39,942 nt of DNA. Origin: Octopus sinensis (taxonomy: Eukaryota). The notes under the pieces were generated by a model that was not told the DNA's origin, did not search any database, and saw only the letters and a list, made by a program, of their open reading frames with translations. The translations under genes and the position numbers were made by a program. The stretch spans positions 1-39,942 of the forward strand of contig NW_021835435.1 in assembly GCF_006345805.1 (NCBI RefSeq), given 5' to 3'. Positions 1-13,100 of the stretch are shown piece by piece (within the stretch, counting starts at the first letter, position 1; each line of letters begins with the position of its first letter).

Positions 1-38
1 TGGACATATTCATATTTCACTTTTCTTTAATTAAACAG

Positions 39-125
39 GACTGCTGCTAACAGAAGGCATATTTATAGCGGAACCGACCACAATCACGCTAGCATTGAAC
101 TCACGGTGGAAGCTAATCCCTGGTT
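39..125 (+). CDS. Gene A, putative internal exon (phase 1-1): (G)LLLTEGIFIAEPTTITLALNSRWKLIPG; the ATG/signal exon would lie upstream of the window
   Basis: Acceptor ttttctttaattaaacag|, donor |gtaagt, 87 nt. Joins exon 4823 in frame (T+TC=Phe). LLLTEG looks like the end of a signal peptide. A second frame is also open. Confidence 0.5.
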
Positions 126-336
126 GTAAGTTTTGAGTGAAAAGATTCGAGTGAATTGGGTATGTGTGAGGTCTCAATTCAAGGCCGGAAGCTGTGGGGA
201 TTTTATCCGCAAAATGGAGTGTGCTTGTTGATGGAAAATGGAAAGGAGATGCTTGAATCTCCTCGCATATTATAAAGAGTCGCAACACGTACCATACCAA
301 CACGCTTCGATCATTCAATACACTTATATATATAAC

Positions 337-838
<502 letters not shown>

Positions 839-1737
839 TATATAAGAGAAGAGGATAATGGAGATTGTGAAGTCTATAAGAGTTTATCATCAACAACAAA
901 TCGAACATCTTTCCTTACAGCTGTTTCAGTTATACACTGTGAATTAATTAAATATCATGTTCACATTTCTGAGCATAATGTGTTCAGAGAGAACAAAATA
1001 TTATATCAATAGATGTTTATATATTTGCCTATGGATTCCTTATAGCAGGCTGAATTGGTACTATTTATGATTTGTGTTTTCATGTGTACAGGCGAAGGGT
1101 TTATTGGTTGGTTGCAGGTGAGATAGAGTAGGCAAACATAATTATAGTGATAGATCAATAAATGCAATAGAGATAGTGGAGGGAATATCATTATAAATAA
1201 GGTAAGGATATAAAGTACATTTATAAGTTGTAATTAACGTAGAGAAAATGTGCATATATACAAGACACACGCGCGTATATACACGCATACATACATTAAT
1301 CCGTACATACATACATACATACACACATATGTAAATATATATATATATATATACACTTTATTTTTACGTGAATACATGAATATCTACGAACACTGGCATA
1401 TACACCCACGTATACGCATACGTACAGATACGTACGCATATACCCATGTACATAATACATACATATAATATAATATATATATATACCATATATATACGTT
1501 TTATTTATTATTTTGCACATCAATTAATCATCGTTATCTGTTTTATCGTATAATTAATCTTTCTATAATATGTAATGTTTCTAAATGTTATAATTTAATT
1601 TTTCATTATTGAATTAACAAAATGTGTTTTTTCTAATTTATATATATATATATATATAATATTATATTTTGTGAAATTTGATTTAGTATTTCTACATTGA
1701 AATTTCCTGAGTTTTGGAATATATTCACTCATATTAT

Positions 1738-1775
<38 letters not shown>

Positions 1776-1869
1776 AGAAAGTTTACACTTTTATATTCCT
1801 CTCCTCTAAATTAATATGGAGCAGATCCTGGTTGGCCAGTTTAATATGATTAGGCAGTGTAATTTTGAA

Positions 1870-2735
1870 TTATTATTGAAATGTGTACTACCCTGGAAAT
1901 TAAACGGGGAAGATTTGAAAGGATCGACAGAATTGAAATGCCAAATGCCAAAGTATGAGCCCGGTTGAGAAAGGACAGTGGTATAAAGTACTCCTGAATA
2001 CTGGAAGCAGACGAGATAAAAATTATTGCAGTGAAAGCTGAATCCCCAAAATATTATTGAAGCAGTTCAATCAAGAGCTGTACCCTTAATTTTTTTTTAT
2101 AAGCACTCCGTCGGTTACGACGATGAGGGTTCCGGTTGATCCGAATCAACGGAACAGCCTGCTCGTGAAATTAACGTGTAAGTGGCTGAGCACTCCACAG
2201 ACACGTGCACCCTTAACGTAGTTCTCGGGGATATTCAGCGTGACACAGAGAGTGACAAGGCCGGCTCTTTGAAATACAGGTGCAACAGAAACAGGAAGTA
2301 AGAGTGAGAGAAAGTTGTGGTGAAAGAGTACAGCAGGGGTCACCACCATCCCCTGCCGGAGCCTCGTGGAGCTTTAGGTGTTTTCGCTCAATAAACACTC
2401 ACAACGACCAGTCTGGGAATCGAAACCGCGATCCTATGACCGCGAGTCCGCTGCCCTAACCACTGGGCCATTGCGCCTCCACTGTACCCTTAATATGGAA
2501 CTGGAATTATAGACTGAAGCGTAGAAACTTCACAGAAACACTAGAAAGCTGTTGACAATGTATGGAGTTTGCCATCGGAAAGCTGATATCAACTGGATGC
2601 ACTTGAGGAGAGGCCAGGGTGGAGCAGGCTTAGTAGCAGTAGAAGAATATGTACAAACGGAAACAAACAGTCTAGTAGAGTATTTACAAAGCAGCACAGA
2701 AAAGTTGCTAAAGTCGGTTAATAAAGAACAGGTTG
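1870..2735 (+). mobile_element. Degenerate non-LTR retrotransposon RT C-terminal region (R4/Dong-like), interrupted by a SINE
   Basis: RKLLTMYGVCHRKADINWMHLRRGQGGAGL resembles the RKLLT..HPKAD..RLY..R..GGRGL motif; many stops. Confidence 0.65.
2091..2481 (-). mobile_element. tRNA-derived SINE, family 1
   Basis: A box TGGCCCAGTGG and B box GGTTTCGATTCC on the - strand; 13-bp TSD ctgtacccttaat. Confidence 0.92.
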
Positions 2736-2838
2736 AGAATAACAAGCTCCATAATGCAAAAGTTTTACCTTCACCTTTCAAAAATTCCAATTCTAAACGG
2801 TCGAAACAAACCCAAGCAACACCGGGCGATACTGCTAA
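2735..2838 (+). mobile_element. Helitron 3' fragment (same family as 450-838)
   Basis: Homologous to 742-838 including the hairpin and CTAA. Confidence 0.6.
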
Positions 2839-2859
2839 TTATATATATATATATGTCAG

Positions 2860-3671
2860 TGACATTACCTTTTAATAACTATATTTACCAAAATTACATA
2901 AAATTATCTTGAAGTACTAAAGAATAAATTTACACAAATAAATCGCCATTTGGCTTCAATCACGGCCTCCAGATGACTTCGGGATCTTCTGCAAGTCATC
3001 TGGATGGTCTCCTTGTTTATGTTGGTGAATGCTGCCATAATCCTTGCCTTAGTTCATCTTTGGTGTTACAAGCAGTTTTGTTAGTTTTTCACTCAGATGT
3101 GCCGCACACATAATAACGAAGGGGGTTGCAGTCTGGGGTGTTTGGTAGTCAGATGTTGGGGGTGATGTGGTCGCAGAAATTGTCTGACACCTATGACTGG
3201 GTTCTCCTGAATGAGTGGCATGGTGCAGAGTCTTGTTGTTTTCCAGCTTACTCCCTTTTGACTCAGGACAGTATTACCTCCTCAAGGCACTCTATGAAGA
3301 CCTCCGTGTTGAGACTGAGACCATGTAGGAAGATGAATGGAGACATAACGTCACCATCACTTAAGGATAACTTCAAACATCATGATCGGATGGTTGATTT
3401 TTATCCCTCTCGGTATGGGTTCTCAGATTGCACTGTCTTCTAATTGACACCCAAACATTTGGAAATGCACATACTGGGGATTCCGGCGCAGTACAATATG
3501 TCACTTCCAAATTTTGGGCAGAGTGAATTGCGGCGTCAGGGTGCTGATTTTCTCACACTCGGTGCCCAATAGACCCTACTATACTGTGAAGTCGACAAAT
3601 TCAAAAACAAAGAATTGGCATGCGCAAAGTTAAAAATATAAAATGGTGACAATTTACCCATTGCATCCTGT
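2860..3671 (-). mobile_element. Degenerate Tc1/mariner-superfamily transposon (maT/DD37D-like)
   Basis: - strand PNTPDCNPLRYYV..KTNKTACNTKDEL..LEAVIEAK resembles WPPNSPDLNPLDY..; terminus TA|CAGGATGCAATGGG. Confidence 0.65.
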
Positions 3672-3859
3672 ATATATATATACATATATATATTCTTTGT
3701 GTATGTGTATGTATTATATATATATATATATATATGTATGTGTATGTATGTATATATATGTGCGTATGTATACATATGTATATTCGCATGTGTATGTATG
3801 TGTGTTTGTTTGTATGTATATTTATTTTATATTTTTTAATGTTTTTTCATGTATATTTA

Positions 3860-4250
3860 TCTATTTATTCCCTCCACCTAACAAAGTGCCTACCTCTTCT
3901 TGACCACCAAAAAGCAATTGTCTTCTAATTTACCTAAAATCCCTTCCCATATATCTGTTGAAACTCTATTAATTTATTCTATTTATTCATTTATTTATTT
4001 TCTCACTGATTCTTCTCATCTCAAAAAACGCTCTGACCTTTTGACCAATCCCCTAAAAACAATAGCCTGTGACCTGTTTATCTCCTAAATACCAACCTAC
4101 CCAAAAAACGTCCCCCCTGTCACCACCACTCCATTAAATCTGCCTAAATGAATAAATACCAGAACTTATTTTGACAGCCAGCTTCCTGAAGATTTCATCT
4201 GAATGAAACAGTTCTAGTCCCGTAGAAGCTCCTTCTATAAAATAATAAAA
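3860..4250 (+). mobile_element. Degenerate Penelope-like 3' end
   Basis: LKKRSDLL resembles the LNxRSEL tail of PLE GIY-YIG proteins. CTGAAGA..GAAAC at 4186-4210. The end sequence is shared with the 22297-22414 palindrome. Confidence 0.35.
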
Positions 4251-4264
4251 AAAAAATATATATT

Positions 4265-4422
4265 TATTGTTATATTTCGGAATGGTCATTTTGCAAGTTT
4301 AGCCAATAAAAACACACGCACTATATATTTGGTGTTATTTTGCTTCAGTGTTATTTATTTTTTACATTAATCTTAATCTATTGGCTAAACTGGCAAAATG
4401 ACCATTCCGAAATATAACAATA
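4265..4422. repeat. 44-bp inverted repeat with 70-nt spacer
   Basis: Arms 4265-4308 and 4379-4422, 1 mismatch. Confidence 0.93.
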
Positions 4423-4822
4423 TATGTTTCAACACACGACTTCACATAACAAATCTTGCACAACTATATATATATATATATATATAATATATATATATAC
4501 ATACACTCATGCTCACACATTTCAAGTTCGTCTTCAATGCGCTGTTAAGATTATGGTCGTCCCGGGTCTACAGTGTGGCGCTCACTTGGCCAAGATGCCA
4601 CGCAGTCGGCTAGAAGGCAAGACAAGTAATATTCTGAACCACATAGATATTCTTCAAAACTTTTACAAAATCACATGATATATTTTTCATTGCATCATCA
4701 ACACATATTTCTCTCGCCATAAAATAATCATTAAGTTAATAAGTCATATACTATCAAGGTTTTATTTGAAAGATTGTCTGTAAATAATGTTAATACTCAG
4801 CCTATTTTTTTTATATTTGCAG

Positions 4823-4907
4823 TCTATATGGTGTCGAAGAAATGTCGAGGCATAGGACGTAGCCTGTGCCACGGTCATTACACCAACATTCTTCACAATT
4901 ATTGCAT
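4823..4907 (+). CDS. Gene A exon with Cys1-3: YMVSKKCRGIGRSLCHGHYTNILHNYC(I)
   Basis: Acceptor ttatatttgcag|, donor |gtaatt. Phases 1/2 and the Cx7C...C pattern match gene C exon 20827-20917. Confidence 0.8.
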
Positions 4908-5181
4908 GTAATTATATTTCTACTGACTCAAATTATATCTAATTTAGTTTTCATACATGATTTTTATTGACACGTTATATATAAATCATTTGTTTTTCTC
5001 CTCATTCAAATCTGAAGAAGAGCGTGGCCTCGAAATATCAAAGTCTTCTTCCTTTTTTCCTGAAGAGGAAATTACTACACCCTGTCACTTGCTTTTTGCT
5101 TATTGCATAATTATAAATTATACACACACACACACATATATATATATAAATATTGATATAAATATAAATATATGAATATGA

Positions 5182-5212
<31 letters not shown>

Positions 5213-5597
5213 TAGGTAACTTAAGAAATGGAGTTAAATGCAGGTGTTATTCAAATCTTTATACGTCCGTCATGTTTCGATATTATTCCAAGATTGAAAC
5301 ATTTTGAAGACGGTCTCTGGTCTATCGTGGGGAATGTGAAATTTTATCGTTCACACTTAACAAATGAACATCTGATGTATCCTCTTCACAATATCACCAA
5401 AGAAATTCAATAACATTGATGGGATACTGGTTCAATCTGATTAAACAGGAGATTTATACAAACTTACCAAGGATTACTACCTAGAATTGCTTAGGAAAAA
5501 AATACACGCTGGAGTTCGGCTTGGACATATGCAAATCAAACATGCTATACAACTGACAGTGGAAGGCATGAATTTAAATATTTTATTATGTGTATTC

Positions 5598-5641
<44 letters not shown>

Positions 5642-5647
5642 TATGTA

Positions 5648-5880
5648 TTGGGCTGGTGCATAATTATTGCGGCTTTTTCCCCCAACACAAGCGATAACAA
5701 TACTTAAGAAAATCTTTAAATTATGGTCTGACCGTCTGCCAGCAAAGAGGAAGCAGTAATTGAAGTAGATGGTGAATATGCTCCGGAATAATCATTTAAA
5801 GATGTTATTTTTTGTTTTGTTATTGCTTTTTTTGAATAAAATTTGTTGAAAACAAAAGGCGCAATAATTAGGCACCAACT

Positions 5881-5883
<3 letters not shown>
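5648..5883 (+). mobile_element. Internally deleted mariner (MITE-like)
   Basis: TIRs TTGGGCTGGTGCATAATTATTGCG / CGCAATAATTAGGCACCAACTCAA, TA TSD, residual EAVIEVDGEYAPE* transposase end. Confidence 0.85.
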
Positions 5884-5951
<68 letters not shown>

Positions 5952-6025
5952 GTGAGAAAGTCTTTTACGTTTCGCACCTTTGCTCTTTAACAGAAATAAA
6001 AATGAGGAAATAAACAAAGTGAATA

Positions 6026-6106
<81 letters not shown>

Positions 6107-6637
6107 GTATATATATATATATGTATGTGTGTGTGTATGTATATATATATATATGTATGTATATAGACACCCATTTAAACATTGTTTAATATTTATTTTA
6201 ATTTGAAAATGCTTATATTTTATATTAATGGACATTTTTATATTTCAGGTTCTCTATGTGACTGTTTAATCATGACATATGAAAAGGCCATATTATGGGG
6301 CATTCTGAATGTAGATTTAGTCAGCGTAAATTGCCGCTTTCTACAGTTAATAGGGTGATTGTACAATTCGCCGGAGATCGGAAGGAGTCCACTCCAATTG
6401 GCCAGATCGACCAGAACCCTCTGAAAGGACCCTTTCCTTTGTTAAGTGGGGTGCAGAGGATAATCCTTACTGCAAGGCCTCTGACATACTACTACAAATT
6501 GATGTCAATCCCAGAATAGCTGACAGATATCTCCACAAACTTGGATACTATGGCAGAGCTGCAAGAAAGAAGCCTTTATTCAAATTATTTACATTATTTA
6601 CATTTGACCGTTATTTGCCCTCATTTTGTTCGTTGTT

Positions 6638-6682
6638 AACACAACGTTTCGGCTGATATAGCCTCCAGCCTTCATCAGGTGT
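6638..6682 (-). ncRNA. Minimal type I hammerhead core in a Penelope-like terminal fragment
   Basis: Reverse complement: ACAC CTGATGA A GGCTG-loop-CAGCC GAA ACGT T GTGT, giving stem I ACAC/GTGT, a 5-bp stem II and palindromic stem III. Confidence 0.65.
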
Positions 6683-6717
6683 CTGGGTTCTCATTCCTAA
6701 GGTATTTTTGGATGTGA

Positions 6718-7081
<364 letters not shown>

Positions 7082-7835
7082 GTTCAGGTCTTGGAACCAA
7101 ATTCGGTATCTTGGTGTTAGTAGCCCACAACGCCAAATGCCCACGGGTATATGCCGTAGTAGTTCAACCAGTCAATATCAAGTAGACAAAAGATTGGGCC
7201 AGTGTGATGATGGAATGGCTGCTAGCATTTTTAGGCTGTATCATATTGTCTGATGAATTCAGGCAATATGTATTTTCTGACTGGTCGAGTGTGGGTCTGG
7301 AGACTCTGTGATCAATAATTCGACAGGAAGAGAGTGTTGCCAACAATAAAACAATACAGCTATTATGTGATGGTCTCGGGAGCAATTTGGAACAATGGTT
7401 GATTAGAACTGGTGGTGTGTGAGAGAAATATGTGTCCATATTGCTGAAATGACTCTTTCCAAACCTCTCCAATGGTGAAATGATTAAAGAAGACACTTTA
7501 TTTATGGAAGATGAGGCTCCTTGTCACACAGCTAAAAAAAAACAAGATTGGTTGCAAATACATGACCTTAAAAAACTTCCATGGCCAAGCCAATATCAGA
7601 TATGAACCCTATTGGACACACACCTCTGGGGTCTAATGGACTAGACACTTAGTAAAAAAAAAAAAAAAATGGAAGCATCCTCAAAGCCAGAACTTTTGAG
7701 ATTAATGTATGAAACCTGGCAAGAAATTCTCTAAGAGGATAATCGTCATCTGATCAGTAAGCATGCCTAACAGGGTTCTTGCTTTGAAAAATGCAAAGGA
7801 CATGTCAGCTAAATATTAGAGAAAGAGAGAAAGAA

Positions 7836-7874
<39 letters not shown>

Positions 7875-8336
7875 TATAGATAGGTAGATAGACAGATAGA
7901 TATAGATACATAAATATATGAATGTATGTGTATGCATGTATGCGAATATTGTGTACGTTGCGTGTGTGTATGTGTGTGTGTATGTGTGTGTGTTTATGTA
8001 TGTGTGTGTGTGATATCTTCGTGTTGGCGTTTGTTTTATACAACCATGTGACAACCGCTGTTGGTTCGTCTGCGTCCCTGTTTCGTCAAAATTGACTCGT
8101 AGAATATACAGCAAAGCTGAAAGTTCGTAGAGTGGCCGATTTGTTACAAGTGTATCCTTCAAGACGGTGACAAGGCTCAACCACAGCCCAATAACTGAAA
8201 TAAAGAACAGTGGGAAGAAGACATGGAGAAGAATCGTGGTTATCATGTTATCTGACGAATGTAAGTTTTCTTACATTGTCACAGAAATTTTGAGTAATTT
8301 TAAGCAAGTATTGCATTTTACGTTTCTTTTTTTCAG

Positions 8337-8421
8337 ACATTTCAGGAGATTTTATGATTGCATTGGTCACGTTCATGGATGCGTTGAACAATTCGAGAGT
8401 GCGTTTCACGATCTTTGTTAT
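8337..8421 (+). CDS. Gene A exon with Cys4-6: HFRRFYDCIGHVHGCVEQFESAFHDLCY
   Basis: Acceptor tttctttttttcag|, donor |gtaaga, phases 2/0. Homologous to 24272-24359 (HFxxFxxCI...C...FxxL/MC). Confidence 0.85.
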
Positions 8422-8497
8422 GTAAGAGGCTTTTATAAATATTAGAGTTATTAATAGACACGCAGTGTAATGAATTTACATGGTAGATATACATGCA

Positions 8498-8890
8498 TTG
8501 GGTTGTCCGGAAAGTTCGTGCCGATTTATATAGTAGCTTACCTTTCAACTTATTTTCGAACATGGTTTAGTCCATAAAATCGGATTTGACAACACCTCCA
8601 TTTAGTGCACAGTTTAAGCTATCTTTTCATGGAAGACGGTTTATGTTCCTATAACCTGTGTTAATTCTGTAACCCTTTAAAATGGAAGATAAGAACATTC
8701 ATTTTCGGCACTTGATGCTTTGGGAATCAGACAAACATTGCTGCAGCTCGGCTTGGATGTGTTTTTCCCACCCTCCATATTCACCAGATATTGCTCCTTC
8801 TGATTTCCACTGACTCAAGTCTCTGCAGAATAGTCTTAATGGTAAAAATTTCAATTCCCTAGATGATGTAAAAAGATACTTTTAAGAAGT
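8498..8890 (+). mobile_element. Internally deleted mariner
   Basis: TIR-like ttgggttgtccggaaagttcgtgccgattt; MEDKNIHFRHLMLWE and HPPYSPDIAPSDFH. Confidence 0.85.
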
Positions 8891-9379
8891 TTGTCATTTA
8901 AGTATATATGAGCATATCTAAATATACAAGTATATGCATGAGAAGTCATACATAAAACAAAACATAGAAATCTGCATGTATGTATACATACATAGATGCA
9001 CACATACATACATACATGCATGCAAGCATACTTACATGCATACATACATCAAAAATACCCTGTAACTGATACGTTAGTGAATTTATTTCAAAGTTTAGTT
9101 TTACATTCAAATAATTTCAAAATACGTTTACAAATTCTCCAAATTTTATGCTTACAACTTGCTTCAAGGTACGTAATTTCAAACCGGTTTCATTTCTTAA
9201 AGAAGATTTTCAATGCAACATAAGTGCGTAATGGCTTGCAACTTGCCTTCATTTAAATTGAGTTTACTATTAGGAAGTTCGAAATTAATTGATGATTCTG
9301 TAATTTATGTGTGAATAATTATTAAGATGCAATGGAAGTGGAGTTCATCATTCACAATATCTTCATTGTTTATTTCCAG

Positions 9380-9406
9380 GGATTCAGCAAGAGTAACCGA
9401 AACGAG
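9380..9406 (+). CDS. Gene A 27-nt microexon GFSKSNRNE
   Basis: tatttccag| ... |gtaagt. Same length and phase as 13593-13619 and 26163-26189. Confidence 0.85.
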
Positions 9407-9441
9407 GTAAGTAATCCATTTCTAAGATATCAGTATTGAGT

Positions 9442-9825
9442 GATGGAAGCACTCCGTCGGTTACGACGACGAGGGTTCCGGTTGATCCGATCAACGGAAC
9501 AGCCTGCTCAAGAAATTAACGTGTAAGTGGCTGAGCATTCCACAGACACGTGTACCCTTAACGTAGTTCTCGGGGATATTCAGCGTGACAAGAAAGTGAC
9601 AAGGCCGGCCCTTTGAAATACAGGTACAACAGAAACAGGAAGTAAGGGTGAGAGAAAGTTGTGGTGAAAGAGTACAACAGGGATCACCACCATCCCTGCC
9701 GGAGCCTCGTGGAGCTTTAGGTGTTTTCGATGAATAAACACTCACAACGCCCGGTCTGGGAATCGAAACCGCGATCCTACGACCGCGAGTCCGCTGCCCT
9801 AACCACTGGGCCATTGCGCCTCCAC
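9442..9825 (-). mobile_element. tRNA-derived SINE, family 1
   Basis: Near-identical to 2091-2481; TSD atcagtattgagt. Confidence 0.92.
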
Positions 9826-10173
9826 ATCAGTATTGAGTACATTAGTTTACGCAAGTGAATAATGCAACGATCCACTGAATTAGCACCAACGACACAGTGA
9901 ATGCATCCCTTCCCCACCTCAACTATACATGTACGCTATTAGAATGTCAGAGCAGATATAATTCAATTGAATTGAAATTGAACTGGAATTTGGTCCAGAT
10001 AGAATGAGAATTTGTCGCAGTAGTACAATGATATACGATAACAAAGGTAGTATTAATGCCTGCTATGAGCGATTGAAAGTTTATTAGACTAAAATAGCCT
10101 TCTATGTATCATACTTAATGTATATACTTTTGAAACTTTAGTGTAATCATCGTACTGGTATTATTTAATATAT

Positions 10174-10380
10174 TGGCAGATTCGTTAGTGCGCTGGACAA
10201 AAAGCTTAGTGTTATTTCGCCCGTCGCTATGTTCTGAGTCCAAATTCCCCCGAGGTCGACTTTGCATTTTATCTTTTCGGAGTCGATAAATTAAGTACCA
10301 GTTGTGTACTGGGGTCGGTGTAATCGACTAGTCCCCTTCCTCCAAATTGCTTCCCTTGTAGCAAAATTTGAAACCATTAT
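10174..10380 (+). mobile_element. SINE family 3 (core GCCTTTCATCCTTTCGGGGTCGATAAA-AAGTACCAG, Meta-SINE-like)
   Basis: Homologous to 17487-17710. Interrupts the intron-4 block relative to paralog B. Confidence 0.8.
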
Positions 10381-10516
10381 TTAATGCAAAGTATTCATTA
10401 TAATATAACATTCCTTAGAATTGTTATATGGCCGGTGCAATTCTTAGCCCATAGCTACAGTGATTTGTCAAAGAAAATATAACCATATCAATTCAGATAG
10501 AGCAACAGCATATGCA

Positions 10517-10892
10517 AGTGCAGGTGCAATGGCCCAGTGGTTAGGGCAGCGGACTCGCAGTCGTAGGATCACGGTTTCGATTCCCAGACCGGGCGTTGTG
10601 TGTGTTTATTGAGCGAAAACACCCAAAGCTCCATGAGGCTCCCGCAGGGGGTGGCGACCCCTGTTGTATTCTTTCGCCCCAACTTTCTCTCACTCTTTCT
10701 TCCTGTTTCTTGTCCCCGACTTCCTACGCAACCGCTGAGCCTGGATGCGCATTCATCCATCCGTCGATGCTCTCGATGTCGGGAGTTGACCTGCTTTCTC
10801 TTCTGCGGGTCTTACGAATAGCAAAAGGACTACGTTTCGGACTTCTCCCATCTTGCGAGCTCTGGGACGAGGACCGTTCGCTCAAGAGCAAC
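10517..10892 (+). mobile_element. SINE with family-1 head and a different 3' half
   Basis: Matches family 1 to ~10710, then an unrelated tail. Imperfect TSD agcaacagcat(a/c)tgca. Confidence 0.85.
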
Positions 10893-11153
10893 AGCAACAG
10901 CATCTGCAGTACATCTGTATTAACTAAGCTTAAATAATAATCTATTGAACTTTAATAATGCGTATTCAATCAGATACTGCATAGGGTATCGTAAAATTTA
11001 CATCAAACTCTCATCATTATATTTCGTGGCTGAATTTTGTTAGCAAAATTCTGTATTTTAACTCATGTATAGAAAAAAAGAGTCATTTTGAAAATCATGC
11101 TCTATCTCCTGATTATCGATGTGTGGATAAACAGATTTCCGTTCTCTTTACAG

Positions 11154-11213
11154 GTCAGCTTGCGAAGCATATTATTCCTTGTGATTGGGACCATATTATG
11201 TTTACACATGTAA
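11154..11213 (+). CDS. Gene A terminal exon VSLRSILFLVIGTILCLHM* (hydrophobic, GPI-signal-like)
   Basis: ttctctttacag|GTC, 19 codons then TAA overlapping AATAAA. Same layout as 26854-26913. Confidence 0.85.
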   Translation, partial: VSLRSILFLVIGTILCLHM

Positions 11214-11218
11214 ATAAA
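11213..11218 (+). promoter_or_regulatory. Candidate polyadenylation signal AATAAA overlapping gene A stop
   Basis: TAAATAAA; same arrangement in gene C. Confidence 0.4.
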
Positions 11219-11936
11219 GCCTAATTATGCAACACAAGTGTTTTGTGTTAATTATTGTAATCATTTGTGTTACGGAAACTGCACGTTACAGAACGTTACA
11301 GTTTGTGTTACAGAACCTGCAAAACATCTGGATTCACTAATGGGTACCTTATGCAAAAAATATGGCCTTCGATCAAATAGGCGTACCTTATGTAAAGGCT
11401 AATGACCACAATTTATTAATGAATACGTTTTACAATACATATTGATTGGGATATTTATGGCTTCTTTAAGTGGTACCTTACACAAAAATATATTGACCTG
11501 GATTTAGTCATGTTTAAATTATGCAGATTACACCGACTTGGATTCCGTAATGGTTACCTTATGCAAATAATAGGGACCTTAGCATTTTTCTCTACTCCTA
11601 TTACAATCATAATTCATAAGAATTTGGACGTGACTGTAGTTGCGCGAGGCTGTAATAGCAAATAAACAACTGTATATCCGTTCAAGTATTGTCGGGGCAT
11701 ATTTGAGTAACATCTATGATGTTGCTATGATGTTCTTTGTTTATCTACTTATCCTCTTTGTGATTTTGGATAATTAGAAAACTATACAAATGAATCCTTT
11801 GAATTTAACTAAATTCTATATTTTCATGCAGCTGAAGATTCCTCTACATTTTAAGATGGATGTAATATTTACATTGTTCAATTAAATGGAGTTGCCTGAA
11901 ACGATCGTACCGCATTACCTCTGGATATCCTTGTTG

Positions 11937-12017
<81 letters not shown>

Positions 12018-12342
12018 CGAACGCACACACATTCACACAGGCAAACACACACACACATATATATATATATATTATTTTCGCGATGTAACAAATGTGTTAT
12101 TGAACAAAAAACAACATCTGTTACATAATATATAGCCATTTCTAATATATTCATTTGTAACACGATCGCTTGTAGCAGCAGTAGAGACGTAAGTCTTAAA
12201 TTGTTTGACATTGATATTCTTGACAACATCTACGAACACAGCTTCTAATCTTCTTATTCTCAGGTTAATTTAGTATACGTTTTCTACATTATTATGAATA
12301 CTACTAGTAACTTTGTTGGCATGTCTACCTGTGTGACTATCG

Positions 12343-12355
12343 ATCTATCTGTCTG

Positions 12356-12450
<95 letters not shown>

Positions 12451-12892
12451 GTCTATCTATCTATCCATCTGGGTGAATGTAGCAAGAATGGCACGTATGA
12501 ATGACGAAGCCACCTTGAGCACGATCCTATGAACCCAGAAATTGAAAACAGAGAGTTGCTTATTTGCAAAAAAAAAAAAGAAATATAACATGTGACTCCA
12601 TTGACCGAGGTTACCGTGGTCTTTTCCGTAGGCTTTTCTTTCCACGGGTAAACCTCACCTGTCCTCCCCTTTACACTTCATATTGACATTTCTGTGATAA
12701 CGATCCCTATTGATCAATTTTTTTTCCTCTCCCCCTTTTTTTTAAACCCCCTTTTTTTTGTCCTCTTTCTCTCCTTTTACGATCCCTTTTGATCGAAACT
12801 TCCTTTTTTTTTTTTTTAAACCTTCAAAAGAAAAGCTCTACCTTGTAATTTGTTCTATCTGTGTGCAGCCCTGTGTGGCTAATAAAGAAACA

Positions 12893-12972
<80 letters not shown>

Positions 12973-12975
12973 CAC

Positions 12976-13040
<65 letters not shown>

Positions 13041-13100
13041 AATCAATCTATCTAGCTATCTGTCTATCTGTCTATCTATCTATCTATCTATATATCTATC
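12343..13100. repeat. (TCTA)n microsatellite split by the LINE 3' end
   Basis: Direct inspection. Confidence 0.95.
12470..12892 (+). mobile_element. 3' end of the same L1/Tx1-like LINE
   Basis: Near-identical to 33428-33872; also embedded in (TCTA)n. Confidence 0.9.

Noticed and set aside
1092-1117. Candidate 26-nt exon with strong CAG|GTGAGA donor (longer variant reads AELVLFMICVFMCTGEGFIGWLQ)
   Set aside because: It would break the frame between exons 39-125 and 4823, and has no counterpart in the other paralogs.
6249-6360. Strong acceptor ttttatatttcag| as a possible gene A exon
   Set aside because: It lies within the Tc1 relic; the frame required by the flanking exons hits TGA immediately.
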